Positions 10,635 to 21,256 of a stretch of 55,924 bases of DNA are shown in pieces. Both the position numbers and the translations under genes were made by a program. Location of the stretch: contig CANPWV010000006.1 in assembly GCA_947585105.1 (NCBI GenBank), positions 1-55,924 of the forward strand. Reading direction: 5' to 3'. This DNA comes from an uncultured Clostridia bacterium (GTDB lineage: Bacteria > Bacillota > Clostridia > TANB77 > CAG-508). Below the pieces are notes generated by a model. The model worked only from the letters and a program-made list of their open reading frames with translations. It had not been told where the DNA came from and made no database searches. Position 1 is the stretch's first letter, and each line of letters opens with the position of its first letter.

Positions 10635-11126
10635 ATGAAATCTATATGTTTGAAAACTAACAATGATGAAATAATTTCATATTTAATTAAAAAACTTGAA
10701 GAAGATTTTGACGAAATAGTTATTTCATCAAACAAATTCAAAATATATAAAAATGTTATAGTTCATTATACTGGCCAAAATGAAAAAAATTTCCTAATTA
10801 AATTTTCTGGACTTTTGGCAAACATGATATCTTCATTTTATGAAAGTAGAATTTTAAGTAGAATAATAGACGATAATTATTGCTATTTTGAAGATTTCGA
10901 GAAAGAGATAATTTTAAAAATTTGCCAAAAAATAATTGATCTTCAAGAAGCAAGTTTTAAATATAAAGAAGAAATTTTAAAAGGATTAGTATATGAATAT
11001 TTTTTAGATGGAAATAAATATATGGTTATAGATGGATTCATGAATTTTAGAGTTAAGCCATATTTGGAGGTTTTAGATTATGTTGTAGATACATCAGTTA
11101 CAAATTTTGTTTTAGGATTGCAATAA
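10635..11126 (+). CDS. YtxC-like sporulation protein, N-terminal part only
   Basis: YCYFEDFEKEII and IDGFMNFRVKPY resemble YtxC. Confidence 0.6.
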   Translation: MKSICLKTNNDEIISYLIKKLEEDFDEIVISSNKFKIYKNVIVHYTGQNEKNFLIKFSGLLANMISSFYESRILSRIIDDNYCYFEDFEKEIILKICQKIIDLQEASFKYKEEILKGLVYEYFLDGNKYMVIDGFMNFRVKPYLEVLDYVVDTSVTNFVLGLQ

Positions 11127-11174
11127 ATTTTTTAATATGATACAATTTTAAAAGATTTATTTTGGAGGAAAAAA

Positions 11175-11873
11175 GTGTCAATATTTGTATTAAAAATTAT
11201 AGCATTGATTTTCATGGTTGTGGATCATATTAAATATGCTTTTCCGGCTTGCTACAATGAATTTACACTTTATTTTGGAAGAATAGCTTTCCCGATTTTT
11301 GCTTTTTGTGTTGTTCAAGGATACCTTCATACAAGAGACTTGGGAAAATATTTGAAAAGGCTTTTGATTGCTGGAATTATTTCTGAAATTCCATTTTTAT
11401 TATTTGAATCACTTCCAACTATTGGCGAATATCATCTAAATATTGAATTTACACTTATTTTAGGAATTATTGCTATAAAATTATTTGAGACTTATGGAAA
11501 TAGTATAAAAGGCTGGCTAGCTGTTCTAATAGTAGGCGTTTTAGGAAATATTTGCTTTGTGGATTATGGAATGTTTGGAGTATTATTAATATTTTCATTT
11601 TATATCTTTAAAGATAGCAAGTTTAAGACTTTGCTAGCAAGTATGGCTGTTGTATCTGGAAAATATTTATATAGAATTTTTATTTTAGGTGTGGGATTTA
11701 ATGAATATACTATAAAAAATTGGATTTGCACACTAATTCCATTATTTTTACTTCTATTATATAATGGAAAAAAAGGGGCAAAGTCAAAATGGTTATTTTA
11801 CATATTCTACCCAGCTCATTTATTAATTTTATGGCTCCTTTCACCATATACGTTTAATTTGTTAAATATATGA
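11175..11873 (+). CDS. TraX family membrane protein (acyltransferase-like)
   Basis: LKIIALIFMVVDH, GRIAFPIFAF..VQG..HT, SEIPF, YNGKKG, FYIFYPAHL. Confidence 0.9.
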   Translation: MSIFVLKIIALIFMVVDHIKYAFPACYNEFTLYFGRIAFPIFAFCVVQGYLHTRDLGKYLKRLLIAGIISEIPFLLFESLPTIGEYHLNIEFTLILGIIAIKLFETYGNSIKGWLAVLIVGVLGNICFVDYGMFGVLLIFSFYIFKDSKFKTLLASMAVVSGKYLYRIFILGVGFNEYTIKNWICTLIPLFLLLLYNGKKGAKSKWLFYIFYPAHLLILWLLSPYTFNLLNI

Positions 11874-11878
11874 TTTTT

Positions 11879-11908
11879 AAAACCAGTTCAATTAGAACTG
11901 GTTTTTTT
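11879..11908 (+). terminator. Terminator directly upstream of pilin cassette B
   Basis: AAAACCAGTTC / GAACTGGTTTT plus T-tract. Confidence 0.75.
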
Positions 11909-11928
11909 AGTCACAAAGTAAAGTTAAG

Positions 11929-13526
11929 ACTATTATTGTTCTGCTAATTTTAGCGGGAGTATCTCTAAACGCAATAATTCGGGGATAATGGTGTTATAAC
12001 TAATGCCCAGCTTGCAAGTATTATGTCTAGATTTTCTGGTTATGATGAAGAAATGAATATAAATTTGTTTGATGATGACGGTGTTTATGCTTCGGGAGAT
12101 AAAATAAAAAGTTATATTTCAAAAATGGAAGAAAAAGATAAAGAAAATTTTGTAATTGTTAAAAGCAAACTTTTATATATAGGAACAGATGAATTAGAGT
12201 TAGAAGCTGCAAAAAGACTAGGATTAGGCTCAAATGGAGATTCTTCAGATAGTGAGGCTGCAATACAAGAATTACAAGCAATAATAAGTGGAGTAGTAGA
12301 GCTAAATGATAAATTTGAAGATACTAGTATAACTGAAAATAAAGATACCAAAATTGGATTTATAGGAACAAAATTAGTAAAAAGAGAATCAAAAAGCTTA
12401 CTTGATGGAACATGGAACATAGTAATAGAATATGACAAAGAAAATAAAGAAACAGCAAGATATGACGAAGACTATTATTGGCTAAAAAAAGGTGAAACAT
12501 ACGTAATAGACAATAAAGAATTAAATTTTAAAAATGATTATGTAATAGATTATAAAAACAAAGAATATCAAATATTATCAGGAAGAGCGGTAAACTGGAA
12601 TGAAAAAGCAACATTAGGAGTAACAACAAACATAGCTTTGAATTTAGATCCAATGAGCTTAGCAAATGGAGAATGGGTAGAAAGTAGAGATGTAGATGAA
12701 GTAAATCATAAAAATTTTGATGATTTTATTGTAAAAGATACAGATGGAGAAGACATAAATACAGGAATACAAAAAGCAGGAGATGTAAAATATAATAATG
12801 AAATTAAAGCTTTAGAGTTTAACAGATCAGAAGAAAATGAGACAGGAGAAGGAGGTTATTTAAGATTATCAGAAGATGAGCTAGATTTTTCAAATGGGTT
12901 TACTTTTGAAATATATTGTAATTTAGATAGATTATTGTATGATAATATAAAAAATTCTGATGGTTTAACGGTAGTATGTTCGGGGTTGTTTTGTAGAATA
13001 CCTTCGTTATTGCATGGGATTTATTCTAATGCTATGAGGTTTGGCTTTGGGAGTGATGGTACTATATGTAAATTTTATAGCAGTTCTTCTTGGACGGGGG
13101 ATGGGAATAATTTAAAAACTACGAGTCATCGGAAACGTACTGAGCAATAAATGTGGATATAGCGTAGGTGAAGATTTTTATTTAACGTTTGTATACCGTG
13201 ATTATGATGAGAGTGTTAGTGATTCGAATTACGATGATGAAATGATGAGTAAAAAAGTAGATAAGATAGAATATTACATAAATGGAAAATTGTATGGTTA
13301 TTCATATTTTGGGGCGGACACGTATGATATGGGACGAGAATTTTGGGATGAACAGGGGGTTAGTTTCTTTGTTGGTGTTTGTCCTTGGTATAACACTGGT
13401 AGCCTATATTATTTAAAAGGTACTTTGTACGCTATTCGTTTATATGAGAAACCTTTAAATCCTGAACAAGTCAAACTAAACTACGATGTGACATTAAAAT
13501 ATAGAGATAGTTTTAAAAATGAATAA
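11929..13526 (+). other. 5'-truncated pilin-like cassette B with LamG-like C-terminus; CGG +1 shifts at 11980 and 13130
   Basis: TIIVLLILAGVSLNAII-[C]GGG-DNGVI joins ORF 12023. CAT-[C]GGA joins ORF 13242 through an open linker. LamG-like FTFEIY, YYINGKL, LYAIRLYEKPL. No start codon. Confidence 0.7.
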
Positions 13527-13681
13527 TTTTAAATGAAAAATCTTTTACTATTTTTAGTAGAAGATTTTTCATTATTTTTTATCAAAATCAATTGATTTTT
13601 AATATTTTATGACATATAATAAAGTAGTTAAAAATATAATTATATTTTTATGTGGTATATACATATAAAAGAGGTAATTTT

Positions 13682-14566
13682 ATGAAAAAAGTTATTTTTA
13701 AAGGTTGCGGAACCGCAATTTCAACTCCTTTTACAGATACAGGAGTTAATTTTGAGGAATTTGGTAAATTAATAGAAAACCAAATTGAAAATAAAGTCGA
13801 TAGTATAATAGTTTGTGGAACAACAGGCGAAGCTTCTACTATGACTTTAGAAGAGAGAAAAGAAACTATAAAATATTCTATTCAAAAAGTAAACAAAAGA
13901 ATTCCAGTTATTGTAGGAACTGGAAGTAATTGTACAGCTCAAGCGGTTGAAATGACGAAGTTTGCTGAAAGTGTTGGTGCTGATGGAGCTTTGGTTGTAA
14001 CTCCATATTACAATAAAACGACACAAGATGGATTAATTGCTCATTATAAAGAAATTGCTAAAAATACGAATTTGCCAATAATTTTGTATAGTGTACCAAG
14101 TAGAACTGGCGTAAATATTTTACCAGAGACTTGTAAAAAATTATCAGAAATAGAAAATATTGTAGCAATAAAAGAAGCTAGCGGAAATATTTCTCAAATC
14201 GCTGAAATAGCTAAACTTTGTGGAGATGATTTAAAAATCTATTCTGGAAATGATGATCAAATTGTTCCAATTCTTTCACTTGGAGGAATCGGAGTAATAT
14301 CAGTTCTTTCAAACATACTTCCAGAATATACACATAATATTACAAAAGAATTTTTTGATGGAAATGTGGAAAAAGCTTGCAAACTTCAACTTGACTCTAT
14401 TGATTTAATAAAAGCTTTATTCTCAGAAGTAAACCCAATTCCAGTAAAACAGGCTTTAAACTTTATGGGCTATAATTATGGAAAACCTAGACTTCCACTT
14501 GTTCCAATGAGTGAGTCAAAATCAGAAAAATTAAAAGAAGAAATGAAAAAATTTAATTTAGTATAA
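13682..14566 (+). CDS. dapA: 4-hydroxy-tetrahydrodipicolinate synthase
   Basis: GTTGE, PYYNK, YSVPSRTG, IKEASG; start placed after GAGG RBS. Confidence 0.97.
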   Translation: MKKVIFKGCGTAISTPFTDTGVNFEEFGKLIENQIENKVDSIIVCGTTGEASTMTLEERKETIKYSIQKVNKRIPVIVGTGSNCTAQAVEMTKFAESVGADGALVVTPYYNKTTQDGLIAHYKEIAKNTNLPIILYSVPSRTGVNILPETCKKLSEIENIVAIKEASGNISQIAEIAKLCGDDLKIYSGNDDQIVPILSLGGIGVISVLSNILPEYTHNITKEFFDGNVEKACKLQLDSIDLIKALFSEVNPIPVKQALNFMGYNYGKPRLPLVPMSESKSEKLKEEMKKFNLV

Positions 14567-14583
14567 TTTTGATGGAGGAAATT

Positions 14584-15336
14584 ATGAAAACTATTAGAGT
14601 TTTAATTAATGGTTGTAATGGAAAAATGGGGCAAGAAGTTGCTAAAAAGGTTAGACTAATGGAAGGAATAGAAGTTTTATCAGGAGTTGATAAAATAGAT
14701 AGTGGAGATAATTTCTTCCCAGTTTATACAGACTTAAATGATATAAAAGAACTTCCAGATGTGATAATCGATTTTTCAGTTCCTAGCTCGTCAATGAAAA
14801 TATTAGATTTTTCAGTTAAAAATAAAATTCCAATTGTAATTGCAACTACTGGATTTTCAGATGAAGAACTTGAAAAAATACATAATTCGGGAAAAGAAAT
14901 TCCGATATTTCAATCATATAATATGAGTTATTCGATTTGTGTTATGAGAAAGGTTTGCTCTGAACTTGCTAAACTATTAGAAGGAACAGATATTGAAATT
15001 GTTGAAACACATCATCGTAGAAAAATTGATAGTCCAAGTGGAACGGCTTTGATGTTAGCTGAAAGTATAAATAACGCGTTAGGAAATAGAATGAATTACG
15101 AATTTGATAGACATAGTAAGCGTGAGAAAAGAAGCGAAAATGAGATTGGAATTCACTCGATTAGAGGTGGAACAGAGGCTGGAACACACTCTGTTATATA
15201 TTTTGGAGAAGACGAAAGTATGGAAATAAAACATACTGTAACTTCAAGAGCGGTTTTTGCGGAAGGTGCAATTAAGGCCGCAAAATTCTTAATAAATCAA
15301 GAAAATGGCGTATATAATATGAATAATATGATATAG
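14584..15336 (+). CDS. dapB: 4-hydroxy-tetrahydrodipicolinate reductase
   Basis: GCNGKMG, IDFS, ATTG, ETHHRRKIDSPSGTA. Confidence 0.97.
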   Translation: MKTIRVLINGCNGKMGQEVAKKVRLMEGIEVLSGVDKIDSGDNFFPVYTDLNDIKELPDVIIDFSVPSSSMKILDFSVKNKIPIVIATTGFSDEELEKIHNSGKEIPIFQSYNMSYSICVMRKVCSELAKLLEGTDIEIVETHHRRKIDSPSGTALMLAESINNALGNRMNYEFDRHSKREKRSENEIGIHSIRGGTEAGTHSVIYFGEDESMEIKHTVTSRAVFAEGAIKAAKFLINQENGVYNMNNMI

Positions 15337-15358
15337 TAGAAATAAAAGGAGTAATAAA

Positions 15359-16369
15359 ATGGAATACGGAAAACATTTAAATACAAAAAAATTATTAGTT
15401 TTTTTATCTATTTTTGTAATTCTGTTTGTAATAATTTTTGCAAGCGCCTTACTTACAAGCAAAGCTAAAAATAGCAAACAAAAGAAAGCAGAAAGTAATA
15501 ATAAAGGACAAAGTGAAGTTGTTTCAAAAAATGAAACTCAAGAAGAAAATGTAGTTTCAAATGAAGTAGCTACAAACACTTCAGAAAATGAAAATAATCA
15601 AGTTGAAAATGATACAACTTCAAAAAATGAGACCAAACCAGAAAATGAAAATACTCAAAAACCAAGTGGTTCATCAAGCTCATCAACTTCAGGAAAAAAA
15701 TTACCAGTTTCAAATCCAGATTCAATTCAACTTTGTAAACAAGCTCAATCAGGAGATGAAAAAAATATATATTTGACTTTCGATGATGGACCATCACCAA
15801 ATATAACACCACAAGTTTTAAAAGTTTTGAAACAATATGATGTTCCAGCTACATTCTTTGTTTTAGGAAGTAGAGTTGAGCTTTATCCAGAACTTGTTAA
15901 ACAAGAATATAATGAAGGTCATTACATTGCAAATCATGGTTATAGTCACAAATATTCTTCAATTTATAGTTCAGAGCAAGCTGTAATTGACGAATACAAT
16001 ACTACTGAAACCGCTATTCAAAACGCTCTTGGAATTCCTGAATATCATTCATATTTATTTAGATTTCCTGGTGGATCAAGCGGAGGAACTTACCATAATT
16101 TAAAACAAAGCGCTAAAAGTAAATTAGAAAGTATGGGAATTGCTTCAACAAACTGGAATTGCTTAACAGGCGATGCTGAAGCTGTTGGAAGAACAAAAGA
16201 TCAATTATTATCAAGATTATATGAAACAGCTGAGGGTTGGACTAGTTTAGTTGTTTTGATGCATGATGCTAACGATAAGCAAGCTACAGTTGATGCTCTT
16301 CCAGAAATAATTGAACATTACAAAAATGAAGGATATACTTTTAAAAATTATTATGATATATTTCAATAA
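15359..16369 (+). CDS. Membrane-anchored polysaccharide/peptidoglycan deacetylase (CE4)
   Basis: LTFDDGP, NHGYSH, FRFPGG, LMHD. Confidence 0.93.
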   Translation: MEYGKHLNTKKLLVFLSIFVILFVIIFASALLTSKAKNSKQKKAESNNKGQSEVVSKNETQEENVVSNEVATNTSENENNQVENDTTSKNETKPENENTQKPSGSSSSSTSGKKLPVSNPDSIQLCKQAQSGDEKNIYLTFDDGPSPNITPQVLKVLKQYDVPATFFVLGSRVELYPELVKQEYNEGHYIANHGYSHKYSSIYSSEQAVIDEYNTTETAIQNALGIPEYHSYLFRFPGGSSGGTYHNLKQSAKSKLESMGIASTNWNCLTGDAEAVGRTKDQLLSRLYETAEGWTSLVVLMHDANDKQATVDALPEIIEHYKNEGYTFKNYYDIFQ

Positions 16370-16393
16370 AATTGAACGATAGATATGTAACAG

Positions 16394-16423
16394 TTGACAC
16401 ATAGGTGTTAGCTGTGTTAAAAT
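16394..16423 (+). promoter_or_regulatory. Sigma-A promoter of rnpB
   Basis: TTGACA-18 bp-TAAAAT with TG extension. Confidence 0.6.
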
Positions 16424-16432
16424 GGTATACAT

Positions 16433-16805
16433 AAAGTAAACAAAATAGTCGCTGGCAAAAACCGAAAGGTTTTGCGAGAGGAAAGTCCGGGCTCCATAGA
16501 GCAGGATACTTGATAACGTCAAGCGAGGGTGACCTTAGGGAAAGTGCAACAGAAAATAACAGCCGAAAATTTTGCGTGGATGTGGGATTTTGGCAAAGGT
16601 GAAAAGGTGAGGTAAGAGCTTACCGGGAAAATGGTGACATTTTCCGTCAGTGTAAACCCTATTCGGAGCAACGTCTTGTATAAATAAATTTTGATTGCTC
16701 GTCGAAATTTATTTGTTTTTACTTGAACGGCTTGAGGTATATAGCAATATATATCCTAGATAAATGGCTATTTGAAATAACAGAACCCGGCTTACTGTTT
16801 GCTTT
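16433..16805 (+). ncRNA. rnpB: RNase P RNA
   Basis: GAGGAAAGTCCGGGC, AAGTGCAACAGAAA, GGTAAGAGC, GTAAACCC and ACAGAACCCGGCTTA; pairing ends. Ends are approximate. Confidence 0.95.
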
Positions 16806-16867
16806 TATTATAAATTATAGGAATTTTATATTCCTATTTTATTTTGTTTGAAATTTAAGGAGAAGAA

Positions 16868-18124
16868 ATGTACGAAGAATTTGGAATAAGTGAAGAAATA
16901 ATTAAATTATCAGAAGAATGTGAAAAAGAATTAGAAGAAACTTTTAAAGAAATCGATAGAAATTGTTTAAGAGCTTCAAGCAAAGTATTAAAAGCTTTTC
17001 AAAATAACAAAGTTAGTGGAACAGATTTTATCGAAGTTACAGGTTATGGCTATTATGATGGAGGAAGAGAAAAGCTAGAAAAAATTTATAGTGAAGTTTT
17101 GGGAGCTGAAGATTCAATAGTAAGACCTCAAATAATGTCTGGAACTCACGCACTTTCAATTACTTTATTTGGCTTATTAAAACATGGAGATACAATGATA
17201 AGTATTTCAGGAGAACCTTATGATACTTTAAGAAGCGTTATTGGACTTATAGGAGATAGTAAAAATTCTTTAATTAAATATGGAATAAAATATGAACAAA
17301 TTGATTTAATTGATAATGATTTTGATATTCAAAAAATAGTTGAAAGACTTAGACTAAGTCCTGTAAAATTAGTTGAAATTCAACGTTCAATTGGCTATTC
17401 TAAAAGAAAAAGTCTTACTATTGAAAAAATAGAAAGAGTAATTAAAGAAATTCGTAAAGTAGATAAAGATGTAATTATAATGGTTGATAACTGTTATGGA
17501 GAGTTAGTTGAGGAAAAAGAGCCAACAGAAGTTGGTGCTGACATAATAGTTGGTTCTCTAATTAAAAATTTAGGTGGCGGAATAGCGACTTCTGGTGGTT
17601 ATGTAGCAGGTAGAAAAGATTTAGTAGAAAGCGTTGCTGAAAGGCTTACAGCTCCAACTATTGGAAAAGACATGGGAGCAAATTTTAACCAATTGCTTAA
17701 TTTTTATAAAGGCTTATATATGGCTCCAAACGCTGTAAGATCAAGCTTGAAATCAATGACTTTTGCAAGTTTGATGTTAGAAAAATTAGGATTTAAAAAA
17801 GTTAGTCCAAAACATAATGAAAAAAGAACAGATATAATTCAAACTATTGAACTTGAAACAGAAGAAAATTTAGTAAAATTTTGCAAAGGGTTACAAATGG
17901 GAATGCCTGTAGAATCTTTTGTAGATCCAGTTCCAGATGAAACTCCTGGTTATCCTCATAAAGAAATCATGGCAGATGGAAGTTTTACACCTGGCTCTAC
18001 AATAGAGTTAAGTTGTGATGGACCTTTAACACCGCCATATACAGCTTATATGCAAGGTGGAATTACTTATGAATATGGAAAATTAGGAATAATGATAGCA
18101 ATAGAAAATATGTTAAGGAAGTAG
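16868..18124 (+). CDS. YnbB / aluminium-resistance family PLP enzyme (methionine gamma-lyase-like)
   Basis: TGYGYYD.GR, SGTHA, VDNCYGE, GSLIKNLGGG, STIELSCDGP. Confidence 0.93.
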   Translation: MYEEFGISEEIIKLSEECEKELEETFKEIDRNCLRASSKVLKAFQNNKVSGTDFIEVTGYGYYDGGREKLEKIYSEVLGAEDSIVRPQIMSGTHALSITLFGLLKHGDTMISISGEPYDTLRSVIGLIGDSKNSLIKYGIKYEQIDLIDNDFDIQKIVERLRLSPVKLVEIQRSIGYSKRKSLTIEKIERVIKEIRKVDKDVIIMVDNCYGELVEEKEPTEVGADIIVGSLIKNLGGGIATSGGYVAGRKDLVESVAERLTAPTIGKDMGANFNQLLNFYKGLYMAPNAVRSSLKSMTFASLMLEKLGFKKVSPKHNEKRTDIIQTIELETEENLVKFCKGLQMGMPVESFVDPVPDETPGYPHKEIMADGSFTPGSTIELSCDGPLTPPYTAYMQGGITYEYGKLGIMIAIENMLRK

Positions 18125-18130
18125 AATAAA

Positions 18131-19039
18131 ATGTGGTTAGTATTTACAATACTTACAACGCTTAGCTGGGGCGTTGCTGAAGTATTTTATAAAATGGGAG
18201 CAGAAAGATCAACAAAATATACTCATTTAAGAACTGGAATTTTTATAGGTTTAGCTATGGGTATACATGCAGTGTTTATTTTGTTGACTAGAAATGTAGG
18301 ATTTCACCCAATAAATATAATTTATTATTTTCCAGTGTTTTTCTTGTATATGCTTTCAATGATTTTGTCTTGTTATGGTGTAAGATTCATTGAAAATACA
18401 GTTTCATCAGTTGTTGAAGAATTTTCAACAGTAATTACTGCTGGACTTTGTTTCTTTATTTTGGGAGAAAGAGTTAGCGGAATTTCAGCTTTTGCTATGG
18501 CGCTTTTAACAATTGGCGTTGTTATGCTTGCAATGTTTGAAACTAAAAATGAAAATGAAAGGCCAAAAGATTTAACAAAAAAGATGTTAATAGTTGGCTT
18601 TATAATGGCTTTGATGTACGCGCTTTTAGATGGTATAGGAACATTTTTAGATGTATTTTATTTAGATATGGAAACAACTCCTTTAAAATATGTTACAGAA
18701 AATACAATCGAAGATGTTGCAAATACGGCTTATGAGTTTTCATTTTTAATTACAGCAATTATTTTTTACATATATTTAAAAATAAAAAAAGAAAAATTCA
18801 CATTTAAAGGTGAGAAAATTAGAATTACAACAGGTATTTTAGAAACATTAGGACAGGCTTTTTATGTATATTCATTTTCAGGAAATGATATAATTGCTGT
18901 TTCAATAATGTCTTTTATGTCAGTAATATCAGTAGTTTTATCAAGAATATTCTTAAAAGAAAAAATGACAAAAAAGCAATATGTTGCAATTGTAATGGCT
19001 TTGATTGGAGTTATAATTTTAGGTTTTGTTGGGGAATAA
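18131..19039 (+). CDS. DMT/EamA family transporter
   Basis: About 10 TM helices in two repeats ending ILGERV and FLKEKM. Confidence 0.85.
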   Translation: MWLVFTILTTLSWGVAEVFYKMGAERSTKYTHLRTGIFIGLAMGIHAVFILLTRNVGFHPINIIYYFPVFFLYMLSMILSCYGVRFIENTVSSVVEEFSTVITAGLCFFILGERVSGISAFAMALLTIGVVMLAMFETKNENERPKDLTKKMLIVGFIMALMYALLDGIGTFLDVFYLDMETTPLKYVTENTIEDVANTAYEFSFLITAIIFYIYLKIKKEKFTFKGEKIRITTGILETLGQAFYVYSFSGNDIIAVSIMSFMSVISVVLSRIFLKEKMTKKQYVAIVMALIGVIILGFVGE

Positions 19040-19230
19040 AAATTTAAAAAATTTTTGATTTTTTAAGATTAGTTTAAGGTTTTATAAGTATATTATATTT
19101 ATAAAATCCCCAAAAAAATATAAAATAAAACTGCTTAAGAAAAAATAAAAAAATTTCTTAAGCAGTTTTATTTTGTTCTTTTTACCAAAAAACTATAATA
19201 TAATTTAAAAAGATTTATAGGAGGTAGAAA

Positions 19231-19619
19231 ATGGAAGAAAAGAATTTTGATGGGATGAAAACTTTAAAAATTTTTCTAAAATCATTTTTGATAGAAATAA
19301 TTATTTCTATTTTAGGAATGTTTATTTTAGCTTTAATTTTAAGCAAAACAAATGTAAGCGATAATATTATGGGAAACACAATTATTGGAATATCTTGCTT
19401 TTCAATAATTTTAGGAGGACTTATTTGTAGTAGAAAACTTGAAATGAAAGGAATTGTCTCAGGCGGAATAGAAGGGATTATATATATGATAATTTTATAT
19501 TTGATTTCAAGTATAGTAAGTGGTAATTTTTCTTTAGGAATCCAAGGAATTATCATGATACTTCTTCGGAATTATATCTCGGATGTGTTGGTGGAATAAT
19601 TGGAGCTAATTTAAAATAG
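19231..19619 (+). CDS. TIGR04086/YrzE-like membrane protein; CGG +1 shifts at 19567 and 19580
   Basis: The two shifts give a Gly-rich last helix, ILL-G-IIS-G-CVGGIIGANLK*. Confidence 0.8.
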
Positions 19620-19695
19620 AAAAAAGTTGAAAAAGTCTTGTAAATTTCTTTAAAAAATGATAATATCATATAGAAATTATCTATAGGGAGATTTT

Positions 19696-20334
19696 TTGAA
19701 AATGCAAATGATAAGTTTTAATAAAAAAGGTATAACTTTGATAGCCTTAGTTATAACAATAGTAGTATTTATGATAATACTTGGAATTACTTTAAATTAT
19801 GGATTGTCTGAGATACATGATGTAACAAATAAAAAGACAGAATCAGAACTTTCAATAGTTCAAGAAGCAATTATGCAAAGATACGCGAAAGTTAAATCTT
19901 CAAATGAGTTAGGAAAAATTGCTCCAGGAATAAATTCAGATTCTCAGTTAAGTTCTGATGAAGGTCGTCCAAGTGGATTTGTTGGAACTAGACTTTGTAG
20001 TAGTAGCCAGATTTCAAGTAATGGATTTCCAAGTGTTACTCCTATGGTTGTTTATGAAAAAAATTGCAATGACAAAACTTATGAGGAATATTATTATTTA
20101 TTAAATGAAGCTGATTTAGTAGATCTTGGAATTGAAAAAGGTGATAATACTAATGTTTCTGGTGATGCCTCAACAAAAGAACTTAGTTATATAGTTAATT
20201 ATTCAACAGGAGAAGTTTTTGACATTGCTAAGAAAAAATATCACGCTACAGATACAAATGATGGTGACCCTGTTTATAAACAACCAACAGATGTTACAAC
20301 AAATCAAGTAGAATATGATTTTAATGATGATTAA
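19696..20334 (+). CDS. Full-length type IV pilin-like protein
   Basis: Class III leader NKKG|ITLIALVITIVVFMIILG; YIVNYSTGEV motif. Confidence 0.85.
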   Translation: MKMQMISFNKKGITLIALVITIVVFMIILGITLNYGLSEIHDVTNKKTESELSIVQEAIMQRYAKVKSSNELGKIAPGINSDSQLSSDEGRPSGFVGTRLCSSSQISSNGFPSVTPMVVYEKNCNDKTYEEYYYLLNEADLVDLGIEKGDNTNVSGDASTKELSYIVNYSTGEVFDIAKKKYHATDTNDGDPVYKQPTDVTTNQVEYDFNDD

Positions 20335-20343
20335 AGGAGACTT

Positions 20344-21256
20344 ATGGTTGATATAAAAGAAAATTTACGGAAAAATACTGCCACAAAACCAGATTTTTTG
20401 TGATGAGCTTATGAAAAATCATACATCTTTTAAAATTGGTGGGCCAGCTGATTTTTTTGTAAAATTTAAAAATATAGATGAATTGAAAAAAGTTAAAAGT
20501 TTTGCAATTTCAAACAACATTCCATTTTATATTATTGGAAATGGAAGTAATCTTTTAGTTAGAGATAAGGGAATTAGAGGAATTGTTGGAAAAATTGAGT
20601 TTGATAAAATTAAAATAGATGAAAAAACAGGAAAAGTTATTGTAAGTAGTGATTATCCTGTGAGTAAGTTAGCTAGAAAATGTGCAAAACTTGGATTGTC
20701 AAAAATGGAATTTTTAGTTGGAATTCCTGGAACTATTGGCGGAGCTGTAAAAATGAACTGTGGCGCTTATGGAGGAGAAATTAAAGATATTTTAGTAAAA
20801 ACAACATATTTAGATGAAAACTTAGAAATAAAAGAAATGTTAAATGAAGAACTACATTTTGATTATAGACATAGTATTTTTTCTGAAAAGCCAGAATATA
20901 TAGTTTTAGAGACAGAATTACAATTAGAAAAAGATTTAGAAGAAAATATAAATTCTAGAATAGATGAAATGATGAAACAAAGACTAGAAAAACAGCCTAC
21001 AAATTACCCATCTGCTGGAAGTACATTTAAAAGACTTAAAGATAAAGCTACAGCTAAATTAATCGATGATTGTGGATTAAAAGGTTATAGAGTAGGTGGT
21101 GCTGAAGTTTCAACTAAACACGCTGGTTTCATTATAAATGTTGATAATTCTACTGCAAAAGATGTTCTAACTATTATTGAAACAGTTAAAACTAAAGTGT
21201 ACGAAAGATTTAAAGAAAAGATAGAACTTGAAGTTATAGTAATAGGAGAAGAATAA
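20344..21256 (+). CDS. murB: UDP-N-acetylmuramate dehydrogenase; CGG +1 shift at 20368
   Basis: AAGGAGA RBS and ATG at 20344. The shift joins HTSFKIGGPAD, IGNGSNLL, PSAGSTFK and HAGFIIN. Confidence 0.93.
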
